In this document: positions 18,458-27,324 of the stretch, piece after piece
Position numbering within the stretch: the stretch's first letter is position 1
Layout: each line of letters starts with the position of its first letter
Source of the DNA: Bdellovibrionia bacterium
Lineage (GTDB): Bacteria; Bdellovibrionota; UBA1018
DNA length: 28,938 nt
Reading direction: 5' to 3'
Assembly: GCA_049424145.1 (NCBI GenBank)
Contig: JBMSSC010000019.1
Location: forward strand, 1 to 28,938
Notes under the pieces: generated by a model
Told to the model about the DNA's origin: nothing
Seen by the model: the letters and a program-made list of their open reading frames with translations, nothing else
Database searches by the model: none
Translations under genes and position numbers: made by a program

Positions 18458-19038
18458 GATTTGATTTTAATTTTCTGAATCGTGATTGGCTTGATCGGTT
18501 GGTCCTGAGGGCCTCGCTCCACCTGGGAGATTTTCTCCACGACGTCCATCCCTTGAACCACCTCACCAAAGATCGTATGCTTTCCATTGAGCCACGGTGT
18601 GGGCTTAACGGTGATAAAGAACTGAGACCCATTGGTATTCGGCCCAGCATTAGCCATCGCTAAAATGCCAGGATGATCAAATTGATCCGTGGGCTTGGTT
18701 TCATCTTCAAATTGGTAGCCAGGACCTCCTGTTCCGTTACCGAGTGGGTCGCCGCCTTGGATCATAAAATCAGGGATCACTCGGTGAAACACGGTGCCTG
18801 AGTACAACGCTTTGCCCTTCATGGTTTTTCCGGTCTTAGGATCGGTCCAGTCTTTTTTTCCCTGTGCAAGGCCCATGAAGTTTGCCACCGTTTTGGGAGC
18901 CTGCTGGTCAAATAGCTTTACCGTGATTTTCCCTTCGGATGTGAAGATTTCAGCCGTTTTCTGCTTGGCCCAAGCGGGAGTGCTTCCCAGGACAGCAATC
19001 AGAGTGGTGGAGAACAAAAGACGATTCCAGTTTTTCAT
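18454..19038 (-). CDS. Periplasmic cyclophilin-type peptidyl-prolyl cis-trans isomerase
   Basis: APKTVANF, FHRVIPDFMIQGGDP, AMANAGPNTNGSQFFIT, WLNGKHTIFGEV; signal peptide ending in AWA. Confidence 0.95.
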   Translation of the reverse strand: MKNWNRLLFSTTLIAVLGSTPAWAKQKTAEIFTSEGKITVKLFDQQAPKTVANFMGLAQGKKDWTDPKTGKTMKGKALYSGTVFHRVIPDFMIQGGDPLGNGTGGPGYQFEDETKPTDQFDHPGILAMANAGPNTNGSQFFITVKPTPWLNGKHTIFGEVVQGMDVVEKISQVERGPQDQPIKPITIQKIKIKS

Positions 19039-19073
19039 AAATACCTCATAGGGGAATGGGGTTGATGGGCGGA

Positions 19074-19107
19074 TTGCCCCGCACGGGATTCATGCCAAGC
19101 GGGGCAA
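19074..19107. other. Intergenic hairpin between ilvE and the cyclophilin gene
   Basis: TTGCCCCGC-N16-GCGGGGCAA; no U-tract downstream on the minus strand. Confidence 0.35.
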
Positions 19108-19128
19108 AAACAATTCAGTTTCCGTTTT

Positions 19129-20061
19129 TTAAATGGGCGTCAGCCAGTTTTGAGCGTAAGGAGGAAGCTCGCCGCGGACCATTTTTTGATAAGCAGCTTG
19201 GATTTCCTGGGTGTAGGGACCCGGTTTTCCTAAGTGAGACGGCTTGCCAATGAGCCTGCGGTCGATTTCTTTCACAGGCGTGATCTCCGCTGCTGTGCCC
19301 GTGAGAAAGATTTCATCGGCGCACCAGAGCTCATCGCGCGTGAAGCGAGTCTCTTGGATGGGGAAGTTTTTATGCTTAAAATACTCCAGCACGGTTCTGC
19401 GCGTGATGCCGTTTAAGATGGAGTTGAGGCTTGTGGTTTTTAAAACCCCGTCCTTGATCATGAAGATGTTTTCGCCGGTGCCTTCGGTCAAATAGCCCTC
19501 GGCATCAAGCAACAGGGCTTCATCGTAGCCATCGGCTAAGGCCTCGCGTTTAGCCAGGACTCCATTGACGTATTGGCCTGTGATTTTTCCTTTCGTCATC
19601 GACGAGTTGACGTGGGGTCGAATGTAGCTTGAGACTTTCAACCGCGTGCCTTCGTGGATCCCTCGGTCACCCAAGTAGCTGCCCCACTCCCAGTTTAAAA
19701 TAGCAACATCGATCGGGGGATGATCTCCCGGGTTCACGCCCAGGGGGCCATCGCCAATGTAAACAATCGGCCGAATGTAGCATTCTTGAAACCCATTGGC
19801 GCGACAGGTCTCTTGAGTGGCTTGGCTTAACTCCTCTAAAGAAAAAGGGATCTGAATCCCTAAGATCTTACAGCTTTCAAACAATCGCTCCAGGTGTTCG
19901 GTGAGCCTAAAAATGGCTCCACCCCCCTTTTTTTGCTGGTAAGCCCGGATGCCCTCAAAGGCTCCCACTCCATAATGAAGCGCATGCGTGAATAGACTGA
20001 TTTGAGCTTTTTCAACCGGTAGGATTTTGCCGTTAAACCACACTTGAGACCCACGAGCCAT
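19129..20061 (-). CDS. ilvE: Branched-chain amino acid aminotransferase
   Basis: HALHYG..FEGIRAY, YIRP, KITGQY, EGTGENIF, LNGITR, DEIFLTGTAAEITPV; GGAGG RBS. Confidence 0.95.
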   Translation of the reverse strand: MARGSQVWFNGKILPVEKAQISLFTHALHYGVGAFEGIRAYQQKKGGGAIFRLTEHLERLFESCKILGIQIPFSLEELSQATQETCRANGFQECYIRPIVYIGDGPLGVNPGDHPPIDVAILNWEWGSYLGDRGIHEGTRLKVSSYIRPHVNSSMTKGKITGQYVNGVLAKREALADGYDEALLLDAEGYLTEGTGENIFMIKDGVLKTTSLNSILNGITRRTVLEYFKHKNFPIQETRFTRDELWCADEIFLTGTAAEITPVKEIDRRLIGKPSHLGKPGPYTQEIQAAYQKMVRGELPPYAQNWLTPI

Positions 20062-20099
20062 CTTGATGACCTCCCAAAGTTTCCAGGTTGCTTCTCGTT

Positions 20100-21011
20100 T
20101 TACTCCAGTTTTAGGCTTCCGTCCACAGCGTTCCGGCCACCACTGGTTTTGACTTCACTGGGGGGCAGGTTCTCCAGGGTGTTGGGCGGTGTGAGTCTGC
20201 GATGAGCCATGAGCTTAATGATCTCCGAGGCAGTCTCCTCGAGGGCTTTTCCTGTCACATTAAAAACAGGCCACCGCCGGTTTTTTCTAAAAATCTCATT
20301 GGCATACTCGATCTCGAGATTGACTTTCTCTGGGTCCGCATACTGGCCTCCTTGGTTTTGTCCCAACCGCTCTAATCGAGCCCGTCTAATGGTGGCCAAG
20401 TCGTGCGCGTCAATGGTCAACCCAATCACGCGTCGTTGATCCACCTGATACACTTCGCCAGGCACATCAAAACCATGAATCAGAGGAATATTGGCCACGC
20501 GCCAGCCTTGATGGGAGAGGTACATGGAAAGAGGAGTTTTGGAAGTTCGGGAGATTCCTAGAATCACCACGTCCGCTTTCTCAAGGCCGCTTAAATCCTT
20601 CCCGTCATCATGTGCAATGGTGTATTCCATGGCCGCAATCCGATCAAAGTAACTTTCATTCACGTCATGAAGAAGCCCTGCAATGGACTTGGGCTCATAG
20701 CCAAAGTAATTGGCCAGTCCCACCAGAAGTGGCCCTAAAAGATCCACGCAAGGAATGGCTTTTTCAATGGCTCGAGTGATCAGGAAGCTCCGGAGCTGAG
20801 GAGACACGAGGGTGTAAAGCAGGAGGTCTTGATTAGCTGCTGCATCCTCGCAGATGGCTTCAATCTGACCTTCATTTCTCACGTTCTTGTGGCGAGTGAA
20901 GTAGACGTTTTGATTGCCGAATTGGACCATGGCCGCCTTGGTCATGAGGACGGCGGTTTCTCCAGTCCCATCGGAAACAATAATGATTCGCTTACCTGAG
21001 TTTCGTGTCAT
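20100..21011 (-). CDS. ppsR: PEP synthetase / pyruvate phosphate dikinase regulatory protein (DUF299 kinase-pyrophosphorylase)
   Basis: VSDGTGETA, YFDRIAAMEYTIAHDDG, GISRTSKTPLSMYL, VANIP, ALEETA. ATG 21011 (MTRNSGK) is preferred to 21080. Confidence 0.92.
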   Translation of the reverse strand: MTRNSGKRIIIVSDGTGETAVLMTKAAMVQFGNQNVYFTRHKNVRNEGQIEAICEDAAANQDLLLYTLVSPQLRSFLITRAIEKAIPCVDLLGPLLVGLANYFGYEPKSIAGLLHDVNESYFDRIAAMEYTIAHDDGKDLSGLEKADVVILGISRTSKTPLSMYLSHQGWRVANIPLIHGFDVPGEVYQVDQRRVIGLTIDAHDLATIRRARLERLGQNQGGQYADPEKVNLEIEYANEIFRKNRRWPVFNVTGKALEETASEIIKLMAHRRLTPPNTLENLPPSEVKTSGGRNAVDGSLKLE

Positions 21012-21081
21012 AGGGGCTCTCTTCCCATCTTGTGAGGAGGGAAAGATTATCAGGATCTGCGGGTTTTTGGTAGAAATCATC

Positions 21082-21402
21082 TGTAGCGGTCACTGGCGAA
21101 GAGCTGGACGCGTCCAGAGGAGTGAGGGGAGGTGAGTTGGCGTGCGATGGTTGCTGGTCCTATCTCATCTATTTATCCCACCTGCTCATCGCGATCAACG
21201 CTACACCCTCTGAGCCGTTCGCCCGTTTCGGGAGCCCGCCGATGGCTTGCTAGCTGAGGGGGGCTGTCACAGGAGACGACTCTAGGTTCCAGAGGCCTCC
21301 ACCTCCCGTTCACCATTCCAGTTCGATTCCGTAGCCGTAGAGTACGTCAGCATGGGTGACTCAGTGAGGTGCGCCCTGCTCCAGCCAATTTAGATGGCCG
21401 GT
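21082..21402 (-). ncRNA. Candidate large structured ncRNA or long 5' leader of ppsR-ilvE
   Basis: GC-rich island with no credible ORF and nested stems (see findings). G-U wobbles favour the minus strand. TAGAAT lies at 21421-21416. Confidence 0.55.
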
Positions 21403-21436
21403 GATTGAGAAGGGCATTCTACTTGAAGAGGCTTTG

Positions 21437-21456
21437 GAAAATTTTTAAAAATTTTC
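21437..21456. promoter_or_regulatory. Perfect 20-bp palindrome over the -35 position of the putative ncRNA/leader promoter
   Basis: GAAAATTTTTAAAAATTTTC; the -10-like TAGAAT begins 15 nt downstream on the minus strand. Confidence 0.4.
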
Positions 21457-21690
21457 AGTAGATTTTTTTCTGCTCATTAACAAAAGCCTGGGCGAAATGA
21501 ATAGGAAAGGGTTCGTCGTCGAGATTGTCCATCCTCTGATTACGGTAGAGAAAAAGGCTTTAAAACATTTGATGAGGTTCTAAAATTCAGTGGAATTTAT
21601 TTTATTTGTTAAAATTAAATAAAATATAAATATAATTTATTTTTAAAGAGGAGAAGAGCTTCTTTAAGTGCGAATTTCACTTTTTTTAAA

Positions 21691-22719
21691 TTATTCGTTT
21701 GGCTTTTTCTTTTGTGATTCCTTTTTATACAGGCAGATGGCCTCATTCAGGAGTTCGGGCAATTGCTGATCGAGTAAAAACCAGCGACTCTGTGGAATCT
21801 GACGGGATTGGTTTTTAAACCACGTGCGCTGTTGCTTGAGGAGTTGCCGGGTGGCAAGTTGGATCTCATCGATGAGCCCCTGGATCCCAGGACGTGGTTT
21901 CCGTCCCGACGGGGGGATTCCAGCTAAGAAGTCTCTCACCTGGGCATAGCCAATGGCGCCTAGTGCGCGAGAGGAAGGGAACTGTGCGATTTGGTTTTGA
22001 TATTCGTTGATGAGGCCCTGATCCACCATCATTTGGGTTCTTTTTGCAATTCGGATTTCCATTTCATCGGTGGTGCGGTCAAGGATCCAAAGTCGAAAAC
22101 GGGGATCCGGCTCTCGGTGAGTCTCTTGCTCAAGCTCACTGGGGGATTTGCCACTGAGGCGATAGATTTCAAGCGCTCGAATCAGACGGTAGCGATCGGC
22201 TTTTCCAATTCGTTGGGCTGAGGCGGGATCAATGCGCAGGAGTTCCTGATGTAAAAGTTCGTTGCTGTTGTTTTCCAGTTGCTGACGCAGGGCGGGATCA
22301 GAAGGGGGGGCTTTCCACAGACCGAAGATGAGAGATTTTAGGTAAAAGCCCGTGCCTCCCACAATCAAGGGTTGCTTGCCCCGTTCTTGGATTTCGCAAA
22401 TCGCCTCTTGGGCCCGACGATAGAATTCACCCGCTGTAAACGATTGATCAGGATCCACAATATCCACTAAGTGGTGGCGGACTTGCTTGAGTTCAGACGG
22501 AGTGGGTTTGGCCGTGCCAATGTCGAGTCCTCGGTAAACGAGCAGACTATCGGCGTTGATGATTTCAAGAGAGGGTAAGAGGGAGGTGAGGTGGAGAGCA
22601 AGGCTCGACTTTCCCGTAGCCATGGGTCCGGAAAGAATTCCAATTGTTGGGTGAACGGAGGAGGTCTTTTTGGCTGGAGAACTGAAAGCGGTGCTCATCA
22701 GACCTGACGTTGAAACCAT
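21691..22719 (-). CDS. miaA: tRNA (adenosine-37-N6)-dimethylallyltransferase
   Basis: GPMATGKS, IINADSLLVYRGLDIGTAKP, VGGTGFY, AIGY, ATRQLLKQQRTWF; follows mutL. Confidence 0.95.
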   Translation of the reverse strand: MVSTSGLMSTAFSSPAKKTSSVHPTIGILSGPMATGKSSLALHLTSLLPSLEIINADSLLVYRGLDIGTAKPTPSELKQVRHHLVDIVDPDQSFTAGEFYRRAQEAICEIQERGKQPLIVGGTGFYLKSLIFGLWKAPPSDPALRQQLENNSNELLHQELLRIDPASAQRIGKADRYRLIRALEIYRLSGKSPSELEQETHREPDPRFRLWILDRTTDEMEIRIAKRTQMMVDQGLINEYQNQIAQFPSSRALGAIGYAQVRDFLAGIPPSGRKPRPGIQGLIDEIQLATRQLLKQQRTWFKNQSRQIPQSRWFLLDQQLPELLNEAICLYKKESQKKKPNE

Positions 22720-24848
22720 TCTTCGAATTTTGATTGGGGAACAATCACCACCGTGGGTCGACCATGGGGACAGTTCCAGGGGTGCTCACATTCAAAGAGT
22801 TGCTGAGCTAGGCTTTCCACCTCCAGAGGCTCCAGGCGATCTCCGGCACGAACCGATGAGTGGCAGGCTTGACTGGCCAGACCTTCAAAGAGCGCTTCAT
22901 CGAAGATCACAGATAAAAGGCTGGGGGGATCAGAAGCTCGAGGCTCCATCGAAGTCTGGGGCTCAGATAACGCTTGGTCATCCGAAGCTTCTTGCTTTTT
23001 GAAATGGGTCAGACGATCCACGAGATTCTTGAGCTTCGGTTTCAGGGAGCTGAGGCCCCATTTTCCCCACTCCGCAGGAACTGAGCGGAATAAAAGAATG
23101 GGTTCCTCTTGGCCCGTGCATTGGGCTTCAAAGCCCAAGCGGGCAAGTTCAGGCAACAAGTCCACCATGAGAGCGCGATCCTCGCTTGGAATTCGAATTG
23201 CCTCGGGAATTAAAAGGGCTTGAGCCTCAATGGGGCGGTCAGAGGAATGAGGGTCCCGAAGGGCTTTTTTTCGATAGGCTTCGTAACGGACACGCTCATG
23301 GGCTGCGTGCTGATCCACCAAAATCATTTGTGAAGCACTTTCGTAGGCCAAGTAGGTTTGAAACAAGACGCCTAGGTACCTTGCGTTTTGAAGAGGGTGA
23401 TTGGATGAAGCATTGAAAGGAGCAGGGGAAGGTTCACGGCAGGACTCTTGTAAAGACGAGTGAGGCCCTCGCCCAGACGTTTCCAGGGGAGAAGAACGAA
23501 GTGTGGGACGAGGCGGAAGGTTTTCTACCAAAAATGCGGGGGTCTGACCCAAGGGTAAAGTCGAGGTTTTAGAATAGAATGAAGAGGAGGAAGGAGGAGG
23601 TGCACTTCGAGACGGAACAGGATCCTTCGGTGGGGCAGACCAAGGCCAAGCAGGTGAGCTTTCAAACGAGGGGGCCTCGGGGGATGAAACGGGCTCAGTT
23701 CTTTTGCTTCCTTGGTCTTGGAATGAAAATGCGGGGGCTGCAAAGGGAATCGAGTCTTTTTGTGAAGGTGGAGGAGAAAAAGCTGCTGCAAAAGCCGGGG
23801 CTCCTCGTTTTTGAATCAGGGCTTTAATGAGCGAGTCAATGGAGCTGAAGATCTTCCTTTGATCTAAAAAGCGAATTTCAAGCTTGGAGGGATGAACGTT
23901 GACGTCAATGGCGGCAGGATTAATCTCGATGAACAAAGCTGCAGCGGGGAATTGCCCTGGAAGGAGGGCTTGCTTAAAAGGAACTAAGAGAGCTTGCTGA
24001 AGCATTTTATCGCGCACCGCTCGGTGGTTGACAATCTGAAGGAGCTTACGACTGGTGGAAGTACTTAATCCTTGCACCCAGTGAATTCGAATGTGAAGGC
24101 CTAAGTCTCGAAACCCATCGGGCTCCGTTTCCGACGTTAGGATCGGAAAATCTCCTTCATCAGAAAGCAGAGTTTTTACTCGCTCCAGTTCACTTTGCGG
24201 ACGAAACGAGAGGATCTCTCGATCATTGCTGACCAAACGAAAACCCACGTGAGGATAAGCTAAAGCCAAACGCTCGAGCCACTCGCGGGTCTGAGACACT
24301 TCGGCTGCTTGGGATTTTAAAAACTTAAGACGAGCGGGAATCTGAGAAAATAATCCTCGTGCTCGGATTCGAGTTCCATGAGGGGAGTTGAGAAAGTGCC
24401 CAAAGGTGATGGGCTCAGCCGTGGGCGTTTGAATCCTTCGTTCCGTCACATCACCGGCCTTCAGTTCGAAGGCCTGGCTTGCTCCCTTTGCTCGCGAAAC
24501 GAGGGATAAGTCGGTGACCGCTGCAATGCTGGCTAGAGCTTCTCCCCTAAACCCTAGGCTTTGGATATTCTCTAAATCGGCCAGGGTACTGAGTTTACTG
24601 GTGGCATGTCTTTGGATGCTTAAGTCTAAGTCCTGGGCTGTCATTCCCTGACCATTGTCGAGGATCTCAATAAGACTTTTTCCTCCGTCCTCAAGAATGA
24701 CGGCAATCTCCGTGGACCCAGCATCTAAGGAGTTTTCCACAAGCTCTTTGATCACACTGGCAGGACGTTCAATGACCTCCCCGGCAGCAATGCGTTCCGC
24801 AACACCGGGGGGCAAAACCTGAATTCGAGAGCGGGTTTCCTCACTCAT
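22698..24848 (-). CDS. mutL: DNA mismatch repair protein MutL with C-terminal endonuclease motifs
   Basis: IAAGEVIERPASVIKELVENSLDAG, GFRGEALASI, DVNVHPSKLE; C-terminal DQHAAHER, ACH and CPHGRP; long Pro/Ser-rich linker. Confidence 0.96.
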   Translation of the reverse strand: MSEETRSRIQVLPPGVAERIAAGEVIERPASVIKELVENSLDAGSTEIAVILEDGGKSLIEILDNGQGMTAQDLDLSIQRHATSKLSTLADLENIQSLGFRGEALASIAAVTDLSLVSRAKGASQAFELKAGDVTERRIQTPTAEPITFGHFLNSPHGTRIRARGLFSQIPARLKFLKSQAAEVSQTREWLERLALAYPHVGFRLVSNDREILSFRPQSELERVKTLLSDEGDFPILTSETEPDGFRDLGLHIRIHWVQGLSTSTSRKLLQIVNHRAVRDKMLQQALLVPFKQALLPGQFPAAALFIEINPAAIDVNVHPSKLEIRFLDQRKIFSSIDSLIKALIQKRGAPAFAAAFSPPPSQKDSIPFAAPAFSFQDQGSKRTEPVSSPEAPSFESSPAWPWSAPPKDPVPSRSAPPPSSSSFYSKTSTLPLGQTPAFLVENLPPRPTLRSSPLETSGRGPHSSLQESCREPSPAPFNASSNHPLQNARYLGVLFQTYLAYESASQMILVDQHAAHERVRYEAYRKKALRDPHSSDRPIEAQALLIPEAIRIPSEDRALMVDLLPELARLGFEAQCTGQEEPILLFRSVPAEWGKWGLSSLKPKLKNLVDRLTHFKKQEASDDQALSEPQTSMEPRASDPPSLLSVIFDEALFEGLASQACHSSVRAGDRLEPLEVESLAQQLFECEHPWNCPHGRPTVVIVPQSKFEEWFQRQV

Positions 24849-24853
24849 TTGGC

Positions 24854-25174
24854 TTACTCAGTGGGGTACCCCGCTGCAATCCAATCGCCCATTCCGGAGT
24901 TTCCGATGCATGCAAGATTGGTTAAGCCCAGTTGAGAGAGAGTCTGAGTGGCCACCTGTGCTCTTCTTCCGGCTTGGCAGTGGATGTAGATTTTTTTATA
25001 TTTTTTCAGATCCGAGGCAAATTGCGCGACCTGCTCGTGTGGGATGTTTCGTGCGCCTCGGATATGAGCGGTTTGAAATTCATCCGGGCGTCGAACATCT
25101 AAGATGAGTTCGTCGGCGGAGAGTTGAGAGAGTTTTTCATGAAGATCGTGCATGGAGAGAGTTTCAATAGACAT
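24854..25174 (-). CDS. Single-domain rhodanese-like sulfurtransferase
   Basis: LDVRRPDEF...HIRGA.NIP, active loop HCQAGRRA, GMGDW. Confidence 0.9.
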   Translation of the reverse strand: MSIETLSMHDLHEKLSQLSADELILDVRRPDEFQTAHIRGARNIPHEQVAQFASDLKKYKKIYIHCQAGRRAQVATQTLSQLGLTNLACIGNSGMGDWIAAGYPTE

Positions 25175-25529
25175 CGATGAAATCTACCTTTCTAGTGAGG
25201 TTGAGACTGATGTTCTCTAGCACAAAAAAAAATGAAATCTAAGCACGATCTCATGGAGGAGGGGCTTCAGCTGGGTAGAAGGGGGAATTTAATTGTTGAT
25301 TAAAAAAATCAACAAAAAAAGAGGAGGTTTTTTCTTTTGCATCCCGTTCCCCCGCTCCCCAATCGGAGATCGGTTTTATGTCCTTTTTTTCTTGAGTTCC
25401 GTTTCCAGGAAGGCCTAGTCTCTGAGACCTAAGCCTTGAGAATAGATGGAGAAACTCATCAGATCTCTCTTGAAATTTGCTTTCTATTGATCCCCAACTC
25501 ATGCACAGTGAGAACACGGGGGGTGCTCT

Positions 25530-26216
25530 ATGATCTTCTGGTTTATTTTTTTGAGTGTGGTTGGGGGATCTGCCCCAGTTTGGGCGCTGAATGATTCTCA
25601 TCCCCCGATACCCTGGCGATGCGAGCCCTCTGAGTGGTTGGCTCCCGCAACTTTAGAAGACGGCATTTTTGTGGCCAATCTTTCAATGAATTGTGTGGTG
25701 GATGTGAGCTCGGACTCGGTCATTGAGCAAATGCACTTAGGGATTCGCTCCCTTTTAATGAAAGAGAGAATTCTTCACGAAGGCCCTAAACCAGTTGAGG
25801 TGGAGGGAATTAGCGGGTATTCTTATGACACCACGATAAAGTTAAAAGAAGGTCAAGATGAGCTCTCGATTCGGGAGGATGTGATTTTGGCAAATCAAAA
25901 GAACCGCATCATTTATCGCACGCGTTCACGAGATATTCAGGCTCCAGGCTTAGCCTCTTATTTGAGTCAGGTCAGTTTTGGTGCAGATATTCGAAGAAAG
26001 ACTCAGGACCCAAGGCTTCAAATCGCTCTGACGAATCGAGTTGAAGTGAAACGCCCGTGGTATGCACTGGCTCCCATTTTCTTTGTGATCGCCAAAAATA
26101 CATCGATCAGCAAGTTCAATGAAGCCCGTGATCAGTTGATGACGAAGTTAATCCGATTTCTTTCGCAGACTCAACCCGGGAACGTTTCAACGGGATTTCA
26201 AGGAACATCAGGATGA
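25530..26216 (+). CDS. Hypothetical secreted protein
   Basis: Hydrophobic N-terminus ending in VWA; GGGGG RBS; 228-aa ORF 34 nt upstream of the prenyl synthase. Confidence 0.7.
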   Translation: MIFWFIFLSVVGGSAPVWALNDSHPPIPWRCEPSEWLAPATLEDGIFVANLSMNCVVDVSSDSVIEQMHLGIRSLLMKERILHEGPKPVEVEGISGYSYDTTIKLKEGQDELSIREDVILANQKNRIIYRTRSRDIQAPGLASYLSQVSFGADIRRKTQDPRLQIALTNRVEVKRPWYALAPIFFVIAKNTSISKFNEARDQLMTKLIRFLSQTQPGNVSTGFQGTSG

Positions 26217-26250
26217 CTCTTTTGGACTCTCAGATTTTGGGGAACTGCTC

Positions 26251-27324
26251 ATGAATCCCAACTCTTTTTTTCCCGACTTAAAAAATTTAACGGAACACAT
26301 CGGAAGAACCCCGGCGCCTGAGACCGAACAAGTCATCGAAGGATCCATCTTAAAGCCTTTGAGGGATTTTTCTGCTCGGCCATCAAAAAAAATGAGAGAG
26401 CGGCTCGTGCGTCTAGCAGGTCAGTTAGTGAGGCCTGAGGGGATCGAACCCTCCGAGGCGGGTGATCCCACAGCATTTTTGAATTCCTCCGGTAGCTTGA
26501 GGAAAAAGGACCAAATCCAGCTTGGAGCTCAGATCATTGAGGCCATCCATTCTGCCAGTCTCATCATTGATGATATTGAGGACGGGAGCTTGGTTCGGAG
26601 AAATCAACCCACCCTTCACATCCAGTATGGGGTACCCACTGCACTCAATGCGGGCAATTGGCTCTATTTTTGGCCCTTAAAACAGATCAGAAACCTAGGG
26701 TTAGATGAAAAAAACGAATTGGCTTTATTGAGTGATGCCATTGACATCATGGTGAAAGCCCATTTTGGTCAATCTATTGATATTGGAATTCAGGTGGATG
26801 AACTTCCTCAGTCCTCAGTGGAAGAGGTGTGTCTCTCCTCGATTGAACTAAAAACAGGTGCCCTGATGTCGTTGGCCATGAAAATCGGGGGTTACATCAG
26901 CGCTGCGTCCAAGTCGCAGATTGACGCCTTAGATCAAGTGGGAAAAGAATTAGGGATTCTTCTGCAAGCTTTTGATGATTTGGGAAACTTTTCCAAAAAT
27001 CCGAGTACTCAGGACCCCTCCGAGGTGAAAAAGTACGAAGACCTCTACTTGCGCAGGCCCTCGTGGATTTGGTCTGTGGCTGCTTCGCATCTCTCGCAAG
27101 TTCAGTATCAAGATTGGATCGCAGCTGTTCGAGCCTTGCCCAATGAGCGCCCATTAAATGAATGGGTTGAGGCTCAGAACTGGAGAGGGGTCCTCAAGCA
27201 GCATGCGATGAATCGTTTGGATCGCTTCTTGGCGCGGGTGCATCAAGAGTTTTCTCTGACCTCGAAGAGTGCGGTTGAACAGCTCCAAGCCTTAGCTTGT
27301 GAGTTGCTCCAAGCGTACCGCTGA
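26251..27324 (+). CDS. Trans-polyprenyl diphosphate synthase (type III GGPP-synthase-like)
   Basis: FARM IIDDIED..VRR, ALNAGN, HFGQSID, KTG, second motif QAFDDLGN. Confidence 0.88.
   Translation: MNPNSFFPDLKNLTEHIGRTPAPETEQVIEGSILKPLRDFSARPSKKMRERLVRLAGQLVRPEGIEPSEAGDPTAFLNSSGSLRKKDQIQLGAQIIEAIHSASLIIDDIEDGSLVRRNQPTLHIQYGVPTALNAGNWLYFWPLKQIRNLGLDEKNELALLSDAIDIMVKAHFGQSIDIGIQVDELPQSSVEEVCLSSIELKTGALMSLAMKIGGYISAASKSQIDALDQVGKELGILLQAFDDLGNFSKNPSTQDPSEVKKYEDLYLRRPSWIWSVAASHLSQVQYQDWIAAVRALPNERPLNEWVEAQNWRGVLKQHAMNRLDRFLARVHQEFSLTSKSAVEQLQALACELLQAYR

Noticed and set aside
19081..19098. Sigma54 promoter TTGGCATG...TGC upstream of the cyclophilin gene
   Set aside because: GG-to-GC spacing is 12 nt rather than the required 10.
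21225..21310. glmS ribozyme (CAUCGGCGGG) or SAM-I riboswitch (GAGGUGGAGG..CUGG) similarity
   Set aside because: The other required cores are absent (AGCGCC and GACGAGG for glmS; AUC/GAU P1, kink-turn partner and GCAACC for SAM-I).
21257..21335. tmRNA or tRNA on the plus strand (GGGGGCTG...CGAC and GTTCGATTC)
   Set aside because: No T-stem pairing around TTCGATT, no acceptor-stem complement or CCA end, and wobble pairs favour the opposite strand.
21282..21353. 23-aa minus-strand ORF MLTYSTATESNWNGEREVEASGT as an attenuator leader peptide
   Set aside because: No RBS, no run of regulatory codons, and no U-tailed terminator downstream.
21590..21650. Replication origin or dif site at the AT-rich tract
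   Set aside because: No DnaA-box cluster (TTATCCACA) or XerC/XerD consensus seen, and no dnaA/gidA context.
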